A DNA stretch of 64,000 nt from Eledone cirrhosa (lineage: Eukaryota), in assembly GCA_964016885.1 (NCBI GenBank), contig OZ024745.1, positions 114,390,001 through 114,454,000 of the forward strand, given 5' to 3'. Positions within the stretch are counted from its first letter, which is position 1, and the number at the start of each line of letters is the position of its first letter. A model generated the notes under the pieces. That model did no database searches, was not told the DNA's origin, and saw nothing but the letters and a program-made list of their open reading frames with translations. Of the stretch, positions 38,961-52,061 are shown one piece after another. The translations under genes and the position numbers were made by a program.

Positions 38961-39295
38961 CTAGTTTGAGATATTCAGAGCTTGGAGTTCCCGTCGTGCA
39001 ACAGGACCTGTTAGATTAGTTTTCATAATGTGATCATTTATTTATTCGTTTATAAACAGGCTAACTATACACACACGCAGCTCTTTCCGTTTGTCCTTAT
39101 TTTTAGTCTTCTATTTATAAACACACTTACACGCAGACAGATACACATATACATAATGATTTTAAATCATTTTCCGATGTCCATTCTATTTCTCACTCTC
39201 TCTGTCGTTTTAGTATATCATGACATGTAATTCATATACAGTTTATGTTGACCACACACACATTACCATGTACCATGTATATATGTATATATATA

Positions 39296-39470
39296 GAACC
39301 ATATATATATATATATATATATAACCATATATATAACCATATATATATATATATATATATGGTTATATATATAAAACCATATATATATATATATATATAT
39401 GGTTATATATATATATATATAAAACCATATATATATATATATATATATATGGTTATATATATATATAAAA

Positions 39471-39509
<39 letters not shown>

Positions 39510-39589
39510 CATATATATATATAAAACCATATATATATATATATATATATATAACCAAATATATATATATAACCATATATATATATAAC

Positions 39590-39600
<11 letters not shown>
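39296..39600. repeat. (TA)n punctuated by AACC/GGTT units in both orientations
   Basis: Direct reading. Confidence 0.85.
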
Positions 39601-39621
<21 letters not shown>

Positions 39622-39663
39622 TATATATAGAGAGAGAGGGGGAGAGAGGGAGAGGGAGAGAGG

Positions 39664-39701
<38 letters not shown>

Positions 39702-39713
39702 GATATGGAAAAA

Positions 39714-40075
39714 ATGAAATTTCATTTCTCACTCTTAGTACGGCTGATACTTAAATATAAGTATGTATACGTACATACATATATGTATACAGACGTACAG
39801 TAGTATGTATATATATATACATACATGCACACATATATATATGTACGTATGGGTTTACTGAACATTTATTATAATGTTCGGTTTGTTTGTAAACAAACAG
39901 CCCGAATTAAGCCGTACAGTGTTCGGCAACCATCGTTGCCCTTTTGTTCAACACTGACAAAGGAACGATGAACTAGTTTCTAGTTTATTAGCTGTCATCA
40001 GCACCGTATACCTTCCTGTCAGTCGAAAACAAACCGAACATTATAATGAATGTTCTATAAACCCATACGAACATA
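39714..40075. mobile_element. HHR-bearing element family I, diverged inverted copy
   Basis: Homologous to 40642-41580; HHR on the minus strand at 39965-40007. Confidence 0.75.
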
Positions 40076-40081
40076 TATATA

Positions 40082-40160
<79 letters not shown>

Positions 40161-40163
40161 GTG

Positions 40164-40194
<31 letters not shown>

Positions 40195-40343
40195 ATGTAT
40201 GTACGTATATATATATATATATATATATGTATACGAACATATATGTATATATATGTATACGTACATATATGTATATATATGTATACGTACATATATGTAT
40301 ATATATGTATACGTACATATATGTATATATATGTATACGTACA

Positions 40344-40377
<34 letters not shown>

Positions 40378-40641
40378 CTATAAACACAGAGCTGGCATAT
40401 GTAAGAACTGACTAACTACCTGATGAGGTCATAGCCATGGTCAACAGTACAAATATGGTTTTATTTACAGTATTAACGATTGTTTCATTGGTTAAGTTGT
40501 CTTAAAATTGCTAATCACTTGAAGTTGTGTCACTCAATTTTAAGTACGATGTATATTTAACCAAATCATCGGAAAAACTATCCACAATACTAACTGGATA
40601 ACCTATAACGATAACTTGTTATCCCTTATATATATATATAT

Positions 40642-40939
40642 ATAAGTTGAAATAAAATGAAAACGAAATTTCATTTCTCACTCTTAATACGGCACTTACT
40701 TAAATGTAAGTATGTGTGTATACGTACATACATATATGTATACAGACGTACAGTAGCATGCATGTATATATATATATATATATATACATATATATATACA
40801 TACAGGTACACATACATATATGCACGTATCAGTTTAGCGGACGCTTATTATAACGCTTATTACAAACGAACAAAGCGGCGTTATAATAAGCGTCCGCTAA
40901 ACTGATACGTGCATATATGTATGTGTACCTGTATGTATA

Positions 40940-41025
<86 letters not shown>

Positions 41026-41456
41026 TGCTACTGTACGTCTGTATACATATATGTATGTACGTATACACACATACTTACAGTTAAGTAAGTGCCGTACTAA
41101 GAGTGAGAAATGAACTTTCGTTTTCATTTTATTTCAACTTATCGTTTTCGGTATGCCTGACCAACTTAGCTCACTCGATATGCAAATTAGGCTGCTCATC
41201 CGTTAATTTTCATAAGGAAAGTATATACTTTCGAACGTTCAACTATCTGGCAGATGGGTATACGGTGCTGATGATAGCTAACAAGCTTGAAACTAGTACA
41301 TCGTTCCTGTGTCAGTGTTGAACAAAAAGGAGACGTGGTTGCCTTAACACCGTACGGCATAAAAATTCAGGCTGTTCAGTTTGTTTACAAACGAACAAAG
41401 CGGCGTTATAATAACCGTCCGCTAAACTGATACGTGCATATATGTATGTGTACCTG

Positions 41457-41528
<72 letters not shown>

Positions 41529-41580
41529 TGCTACTGTACGTCTGTATACATATATGTATGTACGTATACACACATACTTA
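40642..41580 (+). mobile_element. HHR-bearing element family I: inverted arm plus ~525-bp direct repeat
   Basis: 40642-40855 mirrors 40878-41142; TACAAACGAACAAAGCGGCG recurs at 40861 and 41386. Confidence 0.8.
41262..41304 (+). ncRNA. Minimal type I hammerhead ribozyme family I
   Basis: ACGGUG-CUGAUGA-UAGC UAACAA GCUU-GAAA-CUAG-UA-CAUCGU; palindromic ACUAGU. Confidence 0.8.
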
Positions 41581-41671
41581 TATATATATATATATATAAC
41601 CATATATATAACCATATATATATTATATGTGTATATATATGTATATATCTATATATGTATATATATATATA

Positions 41672-41702
<31 letters not shown>

Positions 41703-41892
41703 GTGTATATATATGTGAATATAAAGATGGTTGGACAACGTCCCTGATGGTTAAAAAAGTTCCATGTATTTTATTATGCGCATTTCAAAAAACAAATATC
41801 ATCCTGGGGCGATATTTGCGTTCTCAGCAGATAAAATAGGGAGACATGATATGATGCTTAAAAAAACACTTGTGAACAAGGTAGTGTCTAAT

Positions 41893-41930
<38 letters not shown>

Positions 41931-41934
<4 letters not shown>

Positions 41935-42520
41935 CGTTTCTGAATTTGTTTAGCAAGATTCTTTATCTGAAATCGTGTGTTGAAACCGATATTGTTATAC
42001 TTTGGGAGGGTCATGATGCCAATAAGAAACGCACGCACCAGTTGCTTTCACTTCAATTTATTATATATTTATAAATTTATAAATTTACAAATTTACAAAC
42101 TTATAAATTTCTGGTTGGTTGGTTGGTTCCACAACCAGATAGTTGTTTATATATAGTCATAGTCCTTTCGTCACACACTCTGTGACCTCTTCACACAGAC
42201 ACCCGGATGTGGCGCATGCGCAAACTGAGCACACAACACACACACAGAAACAAAATGGCGTAGGATAGAAGAAAGGAAAGGCACAGAAACGAAGAAAGGA
42301 ATCCCCAGTCACTGAAGAGGTCACAGAGTGTGTGACGAAAGGACTATGACTATATATAAGCAACTATCTGGTTGTGGAACCAACCAACCAACCAACCAGA
42401 ACTTTATAAGTTTGTAAATTTGTAAATTTATAAATTTATAAATATATAATAAATTGAAGTGAAAGCAACTGGTGCGTGCGTTTCTTATTGGCAACATGAC
42501 CCTCCCAAAGTATAACAATA
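41931..42520. mobile_element. Inverted PLE terminus pair, family F (second locus)
   Basis: 41988-42193 mirrors 42313-42520; tail 41931-41987. Confidence 0.85.
42307..42351 (+). ncRNA. Minimal hammerhead ribozyme family F
   Basis: AGUCA-CUGAAGA-G GUCAC AGAGUGU GUGAC-GAAA-GGAC-UA-UGACU. Confidence 0.8.
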
Positions 42521-42843
42521 TATATATATATATAATTGGATACTTAATAAAATCGAATCTCTGGCGGTTTGCAAGCAAATTCGGCCTACTATATGAAATA
42601 ATGAGTTAGCAAATCACTCGATAAGGTAGGTCCTTAGAGTAATAACATACGTTTAAATCGCTTTACAAATCGAACATTGTGGTAGGCAAAATCTAACACA
42701 CAATATACCTAAGTAACGAAAGAACTAACAGGTTGAGAAAAATACACCTGGACAAATCAAACGATTATACGTTTAAAGTGTATCTATGAATCCGAAATCA
42801 AATATCAGACTTACGTGACTGGCAAGCTCGTGGTATTCAAGAT

Positions 42844-42912
<69 letters not shown>

Positions 42913-42920
<8 letters not shown>

Positions 42921-43049
42921 TAACAGATTAAAGTTTAAGCAAAGAATCTGTTATTTTAATAAATATTTGCTCTACGGTTCTTATATATCTGATATATATT
43001 TATCCTTATCGAGCCCTCTTTGGATTTTAGTCTTCAAATTTATTATTAT

Positions 43050-43053
<4 letters not shown>
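42913..43053. mobile_element. Collapsed family E pair plus tail
   Basis: Arms fused at AATC microhomology; tail matches 5178-5270. Confidence 0.8.
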
Positions 43054-43087
<34 letters not shown>

Positions 43088-43089
<2 letters not shown>

Positions 43090-43153
43090 CGAAGGAAGTG
43101 TGGTAAGGAACCAGGTGGACCATAACGTACCAGAGTACTCAATACTTAGGGTA
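43088..43153 (-). mobile_element. Tail-only remnant of family C (extends to ~43172)
   Basis: Reverse complement of ~15197-15280, between (TA)n tracts. Confidence 0.75.
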
Positions 43154-43487
43154 GTAGAGTGGGTAATAGGAAAAAATATATATATAATGTGTAACTTTGT
43201 CCCTATTTCGAGTCTTTACCATTCAGTCAGCGATATTTATTATATGAATACACTGGAGTTCAATGAATAACTGTTAAATAATTTTTCGCATTTCTGATAT
43301 CCATTAAGTTCTTCTTCTGAAGCTTTTCACCTGATTAAGTAACTTCTGTTATTTTGAAAGATTTTATTTACCTCATTATCAAAACACACACTATACAACA
43401 CCAACAAACACCAATCCCCACACATAGACTCACATGCATGTATGCATTATATATATGTGTGTGTGTATATATATATATATATAATAT

Positions 43488-43654
43488 AGAAAAGGCTTCT
43501 ACAGGACTAGAACTGTTTCATTCGGGAGAAATCATCAGAATAAAACAGTTCTAGTCCTGTAGAAGCCTTTTCTATATTAAATATTTATACTCTGCTTTGT
43601 ATTGAGTACCTTACTTACTGTGGCTACCCGCGATTGAACCCGGGATAAACTTTT
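43488..43654. mobile_element. Family D inverted pair plus tail (second locus)
   Basis: Matches 4033-4215; HHR core on the minus strand at 43495-43538. Confidence 0.8.
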
Positions 43655-43696
43655 ATATATATGTGTGTGTGTGTGTGTGTTGTGTGTGTGTGTGAA

Positions 43697-44035
43697 AGCG
43701 CATGTCTTAGTGGTAAGAGCGTCGGGCCGTGAGGTTGGTTTTGAGTTCGATTCTCGGACTGAGCTTTGCGTTGTGTTATGGAGCAAGACACTTTGTTTCA
43801 CGTTGCTCCAGTTCAGTCAACTGTGGAAATGATTTGCAGCATCACTGGTGCCAAGCTGTATCGGCCATTGCCTTTCCCTTGGACAACATCGATGGCGTGG
43901 AGAGGGGAAACTCGTACGGCATGGGTGACTGCTGGTCTTCCACAAATAACTTTGCCCGGAGATGTGTTTCGGAGAGGAACGTTTTAGGTGCAAATCCCAT
44001 GTGTATTCGCGACCGAAGGAGGGGGTCTTTACACT
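43697..44035 (+). mobile_element. tRNA-derived SINE
   Basis: CTTAGTGGTAAGAGCG A-box, GAGTTCGATTC B-box, shared central domain. Confidence 0.7.
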
Positions 44036-44434
44036 TTTTTATATATAATTGGGGGTAGCCGCAGTTAGTAAGGTACAAAATACATTAATAGAGTGCAAAC
44101 ATCAAGTTTAATATAGAAATGGCTTCTGCAGAACTAGAACTGTATCAGTCACTCATAAATCCCATTTGTATAGATATATGCTTAGAATAAATGAACCCTT
44201 CCCAAGTGTGGGCGTTTCTGTGTATGTGTGTGTATTTATCTGTGTCCTTGTATTATTGGGTATATATCTAAAAGTAGCTTTTTTTTTCAAAGAATCCGTT
44301 CTTTGGCCAATGACCTCCACCTACCCCCCCAATCACCACCTTCTTCAACCACCAGAAAACATATAAATACAACAGTTTTACAAGGACGCTTTTCTGGTGA
44401 TTTCTTTTGGATGAAACAATTCTAGTAAACCTGC

Positions 44435-44570
<136 letters not shown>

Positions 44571-45104
44571 GTTATGTAGGCATGTATGGAATGTTAGTAT
44601 GTAATGGTTTTACGTGTAAAATACTCAACTTTTCATGATTAGGTGGTTGACACTTCTCAGTAGGTAACTCTTCTTTATAGTCTAGAATTTGAATAGTCAT
44701 TTTTTTTTGGTTTTCTTTTTCTTTTTCTTTTTTTCTTTTTACCTAGATAAACAAAAGTCTAAAGAAAATAGATAATGTTATTATAGACAACGAGAAAGAA
44801 ATGAATTAAAACCTATTTTTTAGTGCACAACAGGGGTGTCTGTCTATCTGGCACTCCGTCGCTTACGACGATGAGTGTTCCAGTTGATCCGATCAACGGA
44901 ACAGCTTGCTCATGAAATTAACGTGCAAGGGGCTGAGCATTGCACAGACACGATACCCTTAACGTATTTCTCAGGGAGATTCAGCGTGACACAGAATGTG
45001 ACAAGGCTGGCCATTCGAACTGCTAACCTCTAAAAACCCAAACGCAGAGTACCATAAAAAAGTGCCTCAAAACAGGGAGAAATGAGGCAGAATGGGGAGA
45101 TTTT

Positions 45105-45735
45105 ACATAATTATTTCTACGTTAGGCACAAGGCCAGCAATTACCCAGTGTATTACTGGTACTTTATTTTATCGACCCCGTAAGGATGAAAGGCAAAGTT
45201 AACCTCGGCGGGATTTGAACTCAGACCGTAAAGGGACGTAACTATGCTGGAAAGCATGGCGTCCGATAAGGCCAGTAATTACCCAGTGTATTACTGGTAC
45301 TTTATTTTATCGACCCCGTAAGGATGAAAGGCAAAGTTAACCTCGGCGGGATTTGAACTCAGACCGTAAAGGGACGTAACTATGCTGGAAAGCATGGCGT
45401 CCGATATGATGTATATATATATATATATATATATGAACGCGTAACTCCTGATGGAGCCGTAGGGGTACCGCAAGGGTCGTTCTGAGTTCAAATCCCGCCG
45501 AGGTTAACTTTGCCTTTGGGGAGATTTTACATAATGGGGAGATTTTACATAATTGTTTCTACTTTAGGCACAAGGCCAGCAATTACCCAGTGCATCACTG
45601 GTACTTTATTTTATCGACCCCGTAAGGATGAAGGGCAAAGTTAACCTCGGCGGGATTTGAACTCAGATCGTAAAGGGACGTAACTATGCTGGAAAGCATG
45701 GCGTCCGACCCTCCACCGATACTGCCAATCCACCG
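45105..45735 (-). mobile_element. Cluster of dominant-SINE copies nested in an older SINE (~44835-45900)
   Basis: Three minus copies plus a short plus fragment at 45481-45517. Confidence 0.8.
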
Positions 45736-46082
45736 CTATACTTATTTTCACAAGAGAAGACTCTCTCACCCACCCCAAAGTGGGTGGAAGATCTCCCCGT
45801 CCGACGGGGAGAGTTGACTGGTCTACTACAGATACAACTCATTTTTGCCAGCTGAGTGGACTGGAACAACGGGAAATAAAGTGTCTTGCTCAAAGACAAC
45901 AGGGGTAATACTAACAATTTGTATGGCTTGAATCATTCTCACAATCTGAATGGAAAGGCCACGTTGTATTATGGCGTCGAATTAAAAATGCCTTAGTATA
46001 TTTTGCGGCTCACTGTGCTCTCAAATCTCACCGAGGCCAACTTTTCCTTTCGTCTTTTCGAGTCAAGTACTAGGGAATTAAT

Positions 46083-46240
46083 CAGTAACGTATTTACCAT
46101 TGTGCTTAAGCACAGGGTCCCGTTGGCCAGGGGAACCCATCTTCTTGCTCCCAAAATGTTTTACGGTGCATTTTTTCCAATAGTAAGAGGCCTCATAACT
46201 TAACTGCAACAGGACCTCATTTGTCCAAAATCCGTCAATG
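46083..46240. mobile_element. Diverged hAT-type MITE (relative of 52983-53136)
   Basis: Reverse-orientation homology; decayed TIRs; 16-bp flanking direct repeat. Confidence 0.6.
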
Positions 46241-46362
46241 GTACTAGGGGATTAATTCTTTATCTCTATTTGAATATCTTTGTCTCCTTCTCTAAAAGAA
46301 ATCGGTTGCATTACATTTTTGAAATATTTTGTTTACACTCTCACACGCAGGCCTCCAAGCTT

Positions 46363-46417
<55 letters not shown>

Positions 46418-46623
46418 CATATGAGTCTTTGCGTGTGTGTGTGTGTCTGTATTAGTAGAACTATAGTAACTCAAGAGTCTGGGGTTTTGTTCTAGTTGAC
46501 TTATATTTTGATAAACGCATTAACACGAAACTCAAAGCTCTTCACTTATTGTAACTCTGCAGTTTATTAAAATATAAATGCTCTGCTTTATGTATTTAGT
46601 TCTATTTCACTAGTTGTAAAACC

Positions 46624-46729
<106 letters not shown>

Positions 46730-48760
46730 CATATTTTATGTATATATCTGTGTGCGCACGTATAACTACTTTCTATATAACTTTGTGTATCCTATTGTTT
46801 GTTATACGTGAACAAATCCCAAATGTCTGACTTCTTGTAGTCATACTGGCTATATGATAAGCAATAAACCAGCTGCTTAGCTCTTTACCAGGTGAACGTT
46901 CTAGGCTAGACGTCTAGAAATAGAATTTGTCAAATTGCTGATTCACTGTCTGAACGAGACGAGTTTTGAGATTTGTTAGTAAGAAAGTTACACATTTTAA
47001 GTTGAATGGTGTTTTGAGTTTATGCGTGTATATGCATAACCGCACGCGCACATACACATACATAAGTGAAATGATAACACTGATTCTATAATGTAATCGC
47101 AAAATAAAGCAAAATAATTACCATGACGATGTGATGTAACTGTCTGAACGTATACACAAGCTCTTACATTAATGGTGACTGTTTACTTTAAAGTTTCGCC
47201 GACGTTGATGGCTTAACAAAAGAGACTCTCTACCTTCTTACAGGTTAATACTGTTTTGATAAATTACACACACTTCTACTTTTATTTCTTATTTGTGCTA
47301 ATATTCACTGTGTCTACAACCTTCTAAGTCAATCTTTTCTTTTACCAGCGTTAGGTTTTCTTGTCGTTTTAAATGTTATTTAATCAATTATAATCATACA
47401 TAAACAAATTATGTCAACTATATTTTAGAAAAAGAAGTTATACAATGATAGAAATATGAAAAATAAAGATTTAAAAAAATAAGTAATGAACAGAGGAACC
47501 GACTACATGCCTAGGACCATTTATAATTCCCCAGCATAGACGAAACTATTTTTTTATACCACGGCGGGGTTTTAGGATTCGGTTACTATTTTTAGCACCA
47601 AAAATCAATAACAAATACCAAACCTGATAGCTGACGACGGTCCTGTTTTACTTTCGTTTTGTCCCGTTTTCCCGTCACTTTTGTACGATTCTGCCACACT
47701 TGTATATTACCTATTCCTTGTTTGTGGCCACCACCTCTAACTGCTTTTAAAAAGTTGAGCGATCTTTTGATTCTATAAAAATACTTTTGATGAACTTGAT
47801 TCAAAGAATAAGTGAGCCAGTATTCCAACAGAAACCAACACACTAACAAAGTATAGACACAAAGATAGAACAGGCATATTTATATTAACGTTTCCTTATT
47901 GGAATAAACATATATTAAAAAAAGATCCCAATTTGCTCATAATAATTGTTTCTACTTTTGGCAGAAGGCCAGCAATTACTCAGTGTATTACTGGTACTTT
48001 ATTTTATCGACCCCGTAAGGATGAAAGGCAAAGTTAACCTCGGCGGGATTTGAACTCAGAATAATGAGAGATGGGGAGAGCGGGTAAGACGGGTGCAGTG
48101 ACAGTGGTAGTTTGGTTCCTTTGTGTCCGGACTTGGTGTATATGTGTTTCACAGACACACTTACATTCAAATACTATACTCTTTACAACTTGCTTATTGA
48201 CGCTGATGTTTGGAACATAACTTAACAAAGGTTCTTACATAAAACTATGATGGAAAGTTTACAGATAAAAAGCGAATACAGCGTTTTAATCCAAAAATCA
48301 TATTGCGATGCACTTGGATACATTATCATTGATACTACCTGGTAGGATTGAGTGTTTCACGTCATTCAACGTCAAACACCATCACCCAGCTGACCTAGCC
48401 TAAGTTGATCAAGTTCAGACTTGTTCGCGCAGCTTAGTAATTACCATGTAAGTGGTTGAGTATTCCACAGATACGTATATCGTTAACGTAATTTCAAAGG
48501 CAAATCAACGTAACAAGGCTGGACAGATACAATCTATCCGACGAATTCCTATACAATTTCCGCCGTCCTAATTTCACTGATAAGGCTTGACTCGACCCGT
48601 TTCTATAGTAAGGACACTCACCCAAGATTCCACAGTGACTAACTTGATTACCCTCTGCCTATTTGTTCCTTGTAGGCTCTGTTAACGGACTGGCATACGA
48701 AATTTCTGCATCCTAAATCAATATATATGTATTACAAAATATAATTATTGTTGTTTCCAT

Positions 48761-49504
48761 AATAATTGTTTCTACTTTTGGCACATGGCCAGCAATTACC
48801 TAGTGCATTACTGGTACTTTATTTTATCGACCCCGTAAGGATGAAAGGCAAAGTTATCCTCAGCGGGATTTGAACTCAGAATGGCAAGGGCCGTAACTCT
48901 ATGCGTCAAAGCATGACGTCCGACCCTCTACCGATACTGCCAATAAATAATTGTTTCTACTTTTGGCACAAGGCCAGCAATTACCCAGTGCATTACTGGT
49001 ACTTTATTTTATCGACCCCGTAAGGATGAAAGGCAAAGTTATCCTCAGCGGGATTTGAACTCAGAATGGCAAGGGCCGTAACTCTATGCGTCAAAGCATG
49101 ACGTCCGACCCTCTACCGATACTGCCAATAAATAATTGTTTCTACTTTTGGCACAAGGCCAGCAATTACCCAGTGAATTACTGGTACTTTATTTTATCGA
49201 CCCCGTAAGGATGAAAGGCAAAGTTATCCTCAGCGGGATTTGAACTCAGAATGGCAAGGGCCGTAACTCTATGCGTCAAAGCATGACGTCCGACCCTCTA
49301 CCGATACTGCCAATAAATAATTGTTTCTACTTTTGGCACATGGCCAGCAATTACCCAGTGCATTACTGGTACTTTATTTTATCGACCCCCGTAAGGATGA
49401 AAGGCAAAGTTATCCTCAGCGGGATTTGAACTCAGAATGGCAAGGGCCGTAACTCTATGTGTCAAAGCATGGGGTCCGACCCTCTACCGATACTGCCAAT
49501 CCAC
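48761..49504 (-). mobile_element. Four head-to-tail SINE copies, 185-bp period
   Basis: AATAATTGTTTCTAC at 48761, 48946, 49131 and 49316. Confidence 0.92.
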
Positions 49505-49598
49505 ATAATAATATCGTATGAGTATGCTCTGAATTATGATATTTTCGCATCTAATTTTCATTGAGATATTTTAGATGATTTTATTTCGATTGATATCT

Positions 49599-49648
<50 letters not shown>

Positions 49649-49651
<3 letters not shown>

Positions 49652-49836
49652 AACGAGTAGGACCCCGACAGCTGAGCTCAAGCCGTTTCGGCGGCTAATT
49701 CGAGTAGGACCCCGAAACCGCTTGAGCTCAGCCGTCGGGGTCCTACTCGTTCTTATTACCCACTCTACTACCCTAAGTATTGAGTACTTTGGTGCGTTAT
49801 GGTCCACCTGGTTCCTTACCACATTTCCTCCGTTAA
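49649..49836. mobile_element. Family C short inverted pair plus tail
   Basis: Starts (TA)n-AGGAACGAGTAGG, as at 12801. Confidence 0.85.
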
Positions 49837-49867
49837 ATATATATATATATATATATATATATAATGT

Positions 49868-50108
49868 ATTTATGTCCATACACAGAAAAAGAAAAGCGCC
49901 ATCTTAGGTTTCAATGTCGTGTTATGACCACCTCTGCAGACTGTGCACAATAGTGCAGAATGCATGGATGAGCGATCGGAACCGTGACCTCAGTCAGCGG
50001 GTGCTCCGCCACGCATTATGTACTACTGTGCGCAGTCTGTGGAGGTAGTCATAACTGGACTTTGAAACCTAATGTAGCGCTTTACTTGTTCTATGTATGA
50101 ACATAAAT
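49868..50108. repeat. Long imperfect foldback (MITE-like)
   Basis: ~105-bp arms, roughly 80% complementary by eye. Confidence 0.75.
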
Positions 50109-50185
50109 AAATAATATATCAGCTCTCTTACACTAGATTGAGCAATGTTTTCCTTCTTCCTTTTTCCTATCCATGGATATTTTTG

Positions 50186-50223
<38 letters not shown>

Positions 50224-50260
50224 ACACACACAGACACATATATATATATATATATATATT

Positions 50261-50447
50261 GTGGATTGGCAGTATCAGTCGAGGGTCGGACGCCATGCAT
50301 TGACGCATAGAGTTACGGCCCTTGCCATTCTGAGTTCAAATCCCGCCGAGGTTAACTTTGCCTTTCATCCTTACGAGGTCGATAAAATAGACTACCAGTA
50401 ATGCACTGGTGAATTGCTGGCCTTGTGCCAAAAAGTAGAAACAATTA
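50261..50447 (+). mobile_element. Dominant SINE copy
   Basis: Full body match. Confidence 0.85.
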
Positions 50448-51204
50448 TTATTATTTTTTTTTTTTTATTATTATTATTATTATTCGCCCACTTATTCCTG
50501 GAAGAGTCGCGGGAGAAGAGTCCTCAAGCTCACCATCGAACAGGTCTTGTTAGAAGCAACTGTCTCCAATTGATCCCGGTGAAATGAATTCATAATGAAT
50601 ACATTTGATTTGCTGAAATATCCTGGTTTTATCCATGTGACGTTTCCCTTCATTCTTTCCTTTAAACGATCGACAAGATCTCAGACCTCATTCGCTAACC
50701 GAAAGGAGTGGTATTCGTCAAATAGGACCAATGAAACAATGTTTCTATTGGTCTTTCCATTGCTGATACTATCTACCGGTCGCAAATCCTGGCAGAAGGA
50801 TCAACGTAAAATATAGTGTCTTGCTCAATTACATAACGCATCGCCAGGTACGGGAATCGAACTTACAACCTCACGATTGCGAATTCGATTCTCTAACCAC
50901 TAAGCCATAGCCTTTACTTCATAGTTTAGCACATTTTGTATCAGATCATTAAATGATGTACATGTCTCACTGGATTTTAAGTTGTTCATTCTTTTGATCA
51001 ACATCACTACGTTTAAGACATTTAATGGTATCTTTGTCAAATGGCTGCTTTATTAATTTCTCACGAAACGGAACGCGTTCATGTCTCAACGTTTCTCGTT
51101 ACATAATTCATGTGATTTAATGTTATTTCATCGTTATTCTTAAACTAACAGCCTCTTTGAACCATCACGGGTGAGTATATATTTCATTGACGTATAGATA
51201 TTTA

Positions 51205-52061
51205 CTAGTTGACGTACCCAGCTTCGCCCGGGTAAACAGATGATAAGAGAAGACAGGTAAAAGAGAAAATGACTGTATTGGATGTTTGTCTGGTTACAGT
51301 ATGAGGCGAGTCCGTGGTGTTTGTGTGATACAAAAAACAGTAAAAAAAATCTTACAGCTATACCAGATTCTTCGTTGTACCATTTGTGTATAGTATATGA
51401 ACAATTCTAGGTGCTCCCACCTAGAATAGTGACCTATAGGAGATGGTTCATCTTCTGCCTGACTGTAAAACGTGTATCATTGCATAGACGTGGTTGTTCC
51501 ACGTTTCTCAAAAGGATGATGGGAGTTCCAATCTTTTATATTATATGTAGATATAGATATAGATAATTAATATAAAAGATGATGCTCAGCCAGTTCGTCT
51601 TCAACCATCGCAGAACGCCGTCGCTGCTTGGCTCCAGTGTTTCGTTGGCGTTGTTCAGCCAGCTCCTCTTCATTCATGGCGGCACGTCTTCGCCTCTGAA
51701 GTTCGGCGTTCCGATGGCGCTGTTCGGCCCGTTTTTCTTCATTCCTGGCTGCACGCCGTCACCGCTGTAGTTCACTGTTTGATAAAGTCGAATTGCTTTT
51801 ACTTTCTGTGGAACGCTGCACGCACGCACACACACACAAACACACGCGCACGTACATACACACGCACACATGGTAATAGTTACAGCATTCACTTTGCCTC
51901 TCTGTTTCTTACTCTCCCCTCTCACTCCCTCATTGGCATTATGCATATTAATTTAAGTTTGGTGTCGTTGAGGTGGGCGGAGTCGTTTGAAACCTATGAA
52001 CCAATGATAATCGAGAATTATGACACACGGAATATTGACATTGTTGAAATTAATATATAGA
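51205..52061 (-). mobile_element. Composite non-autonomous Helitron
   Basis: 3' CCCGGGCGAAGCTGGG hairpin plus CTAG|T; two 5'-type TCTATA starts (51563 and 52061). Confidence 0.7.
51567..51815 (-). pseudogene. Three 23-aa STPR-like repeats (Helitron N-terminal remnant)
   Basis: NSELQR*RRAARNEEKRAEQRHR / NAELQRRRRAAMNEEELAEQRQR / NTGAKQRRRSAMVEDELAEHHLL. Confidence 0.7.

Noticed and set aside
40420-40450. CTGATGAG hammerhead start
   Set aside because: No GAAA or stem I partner downstream.
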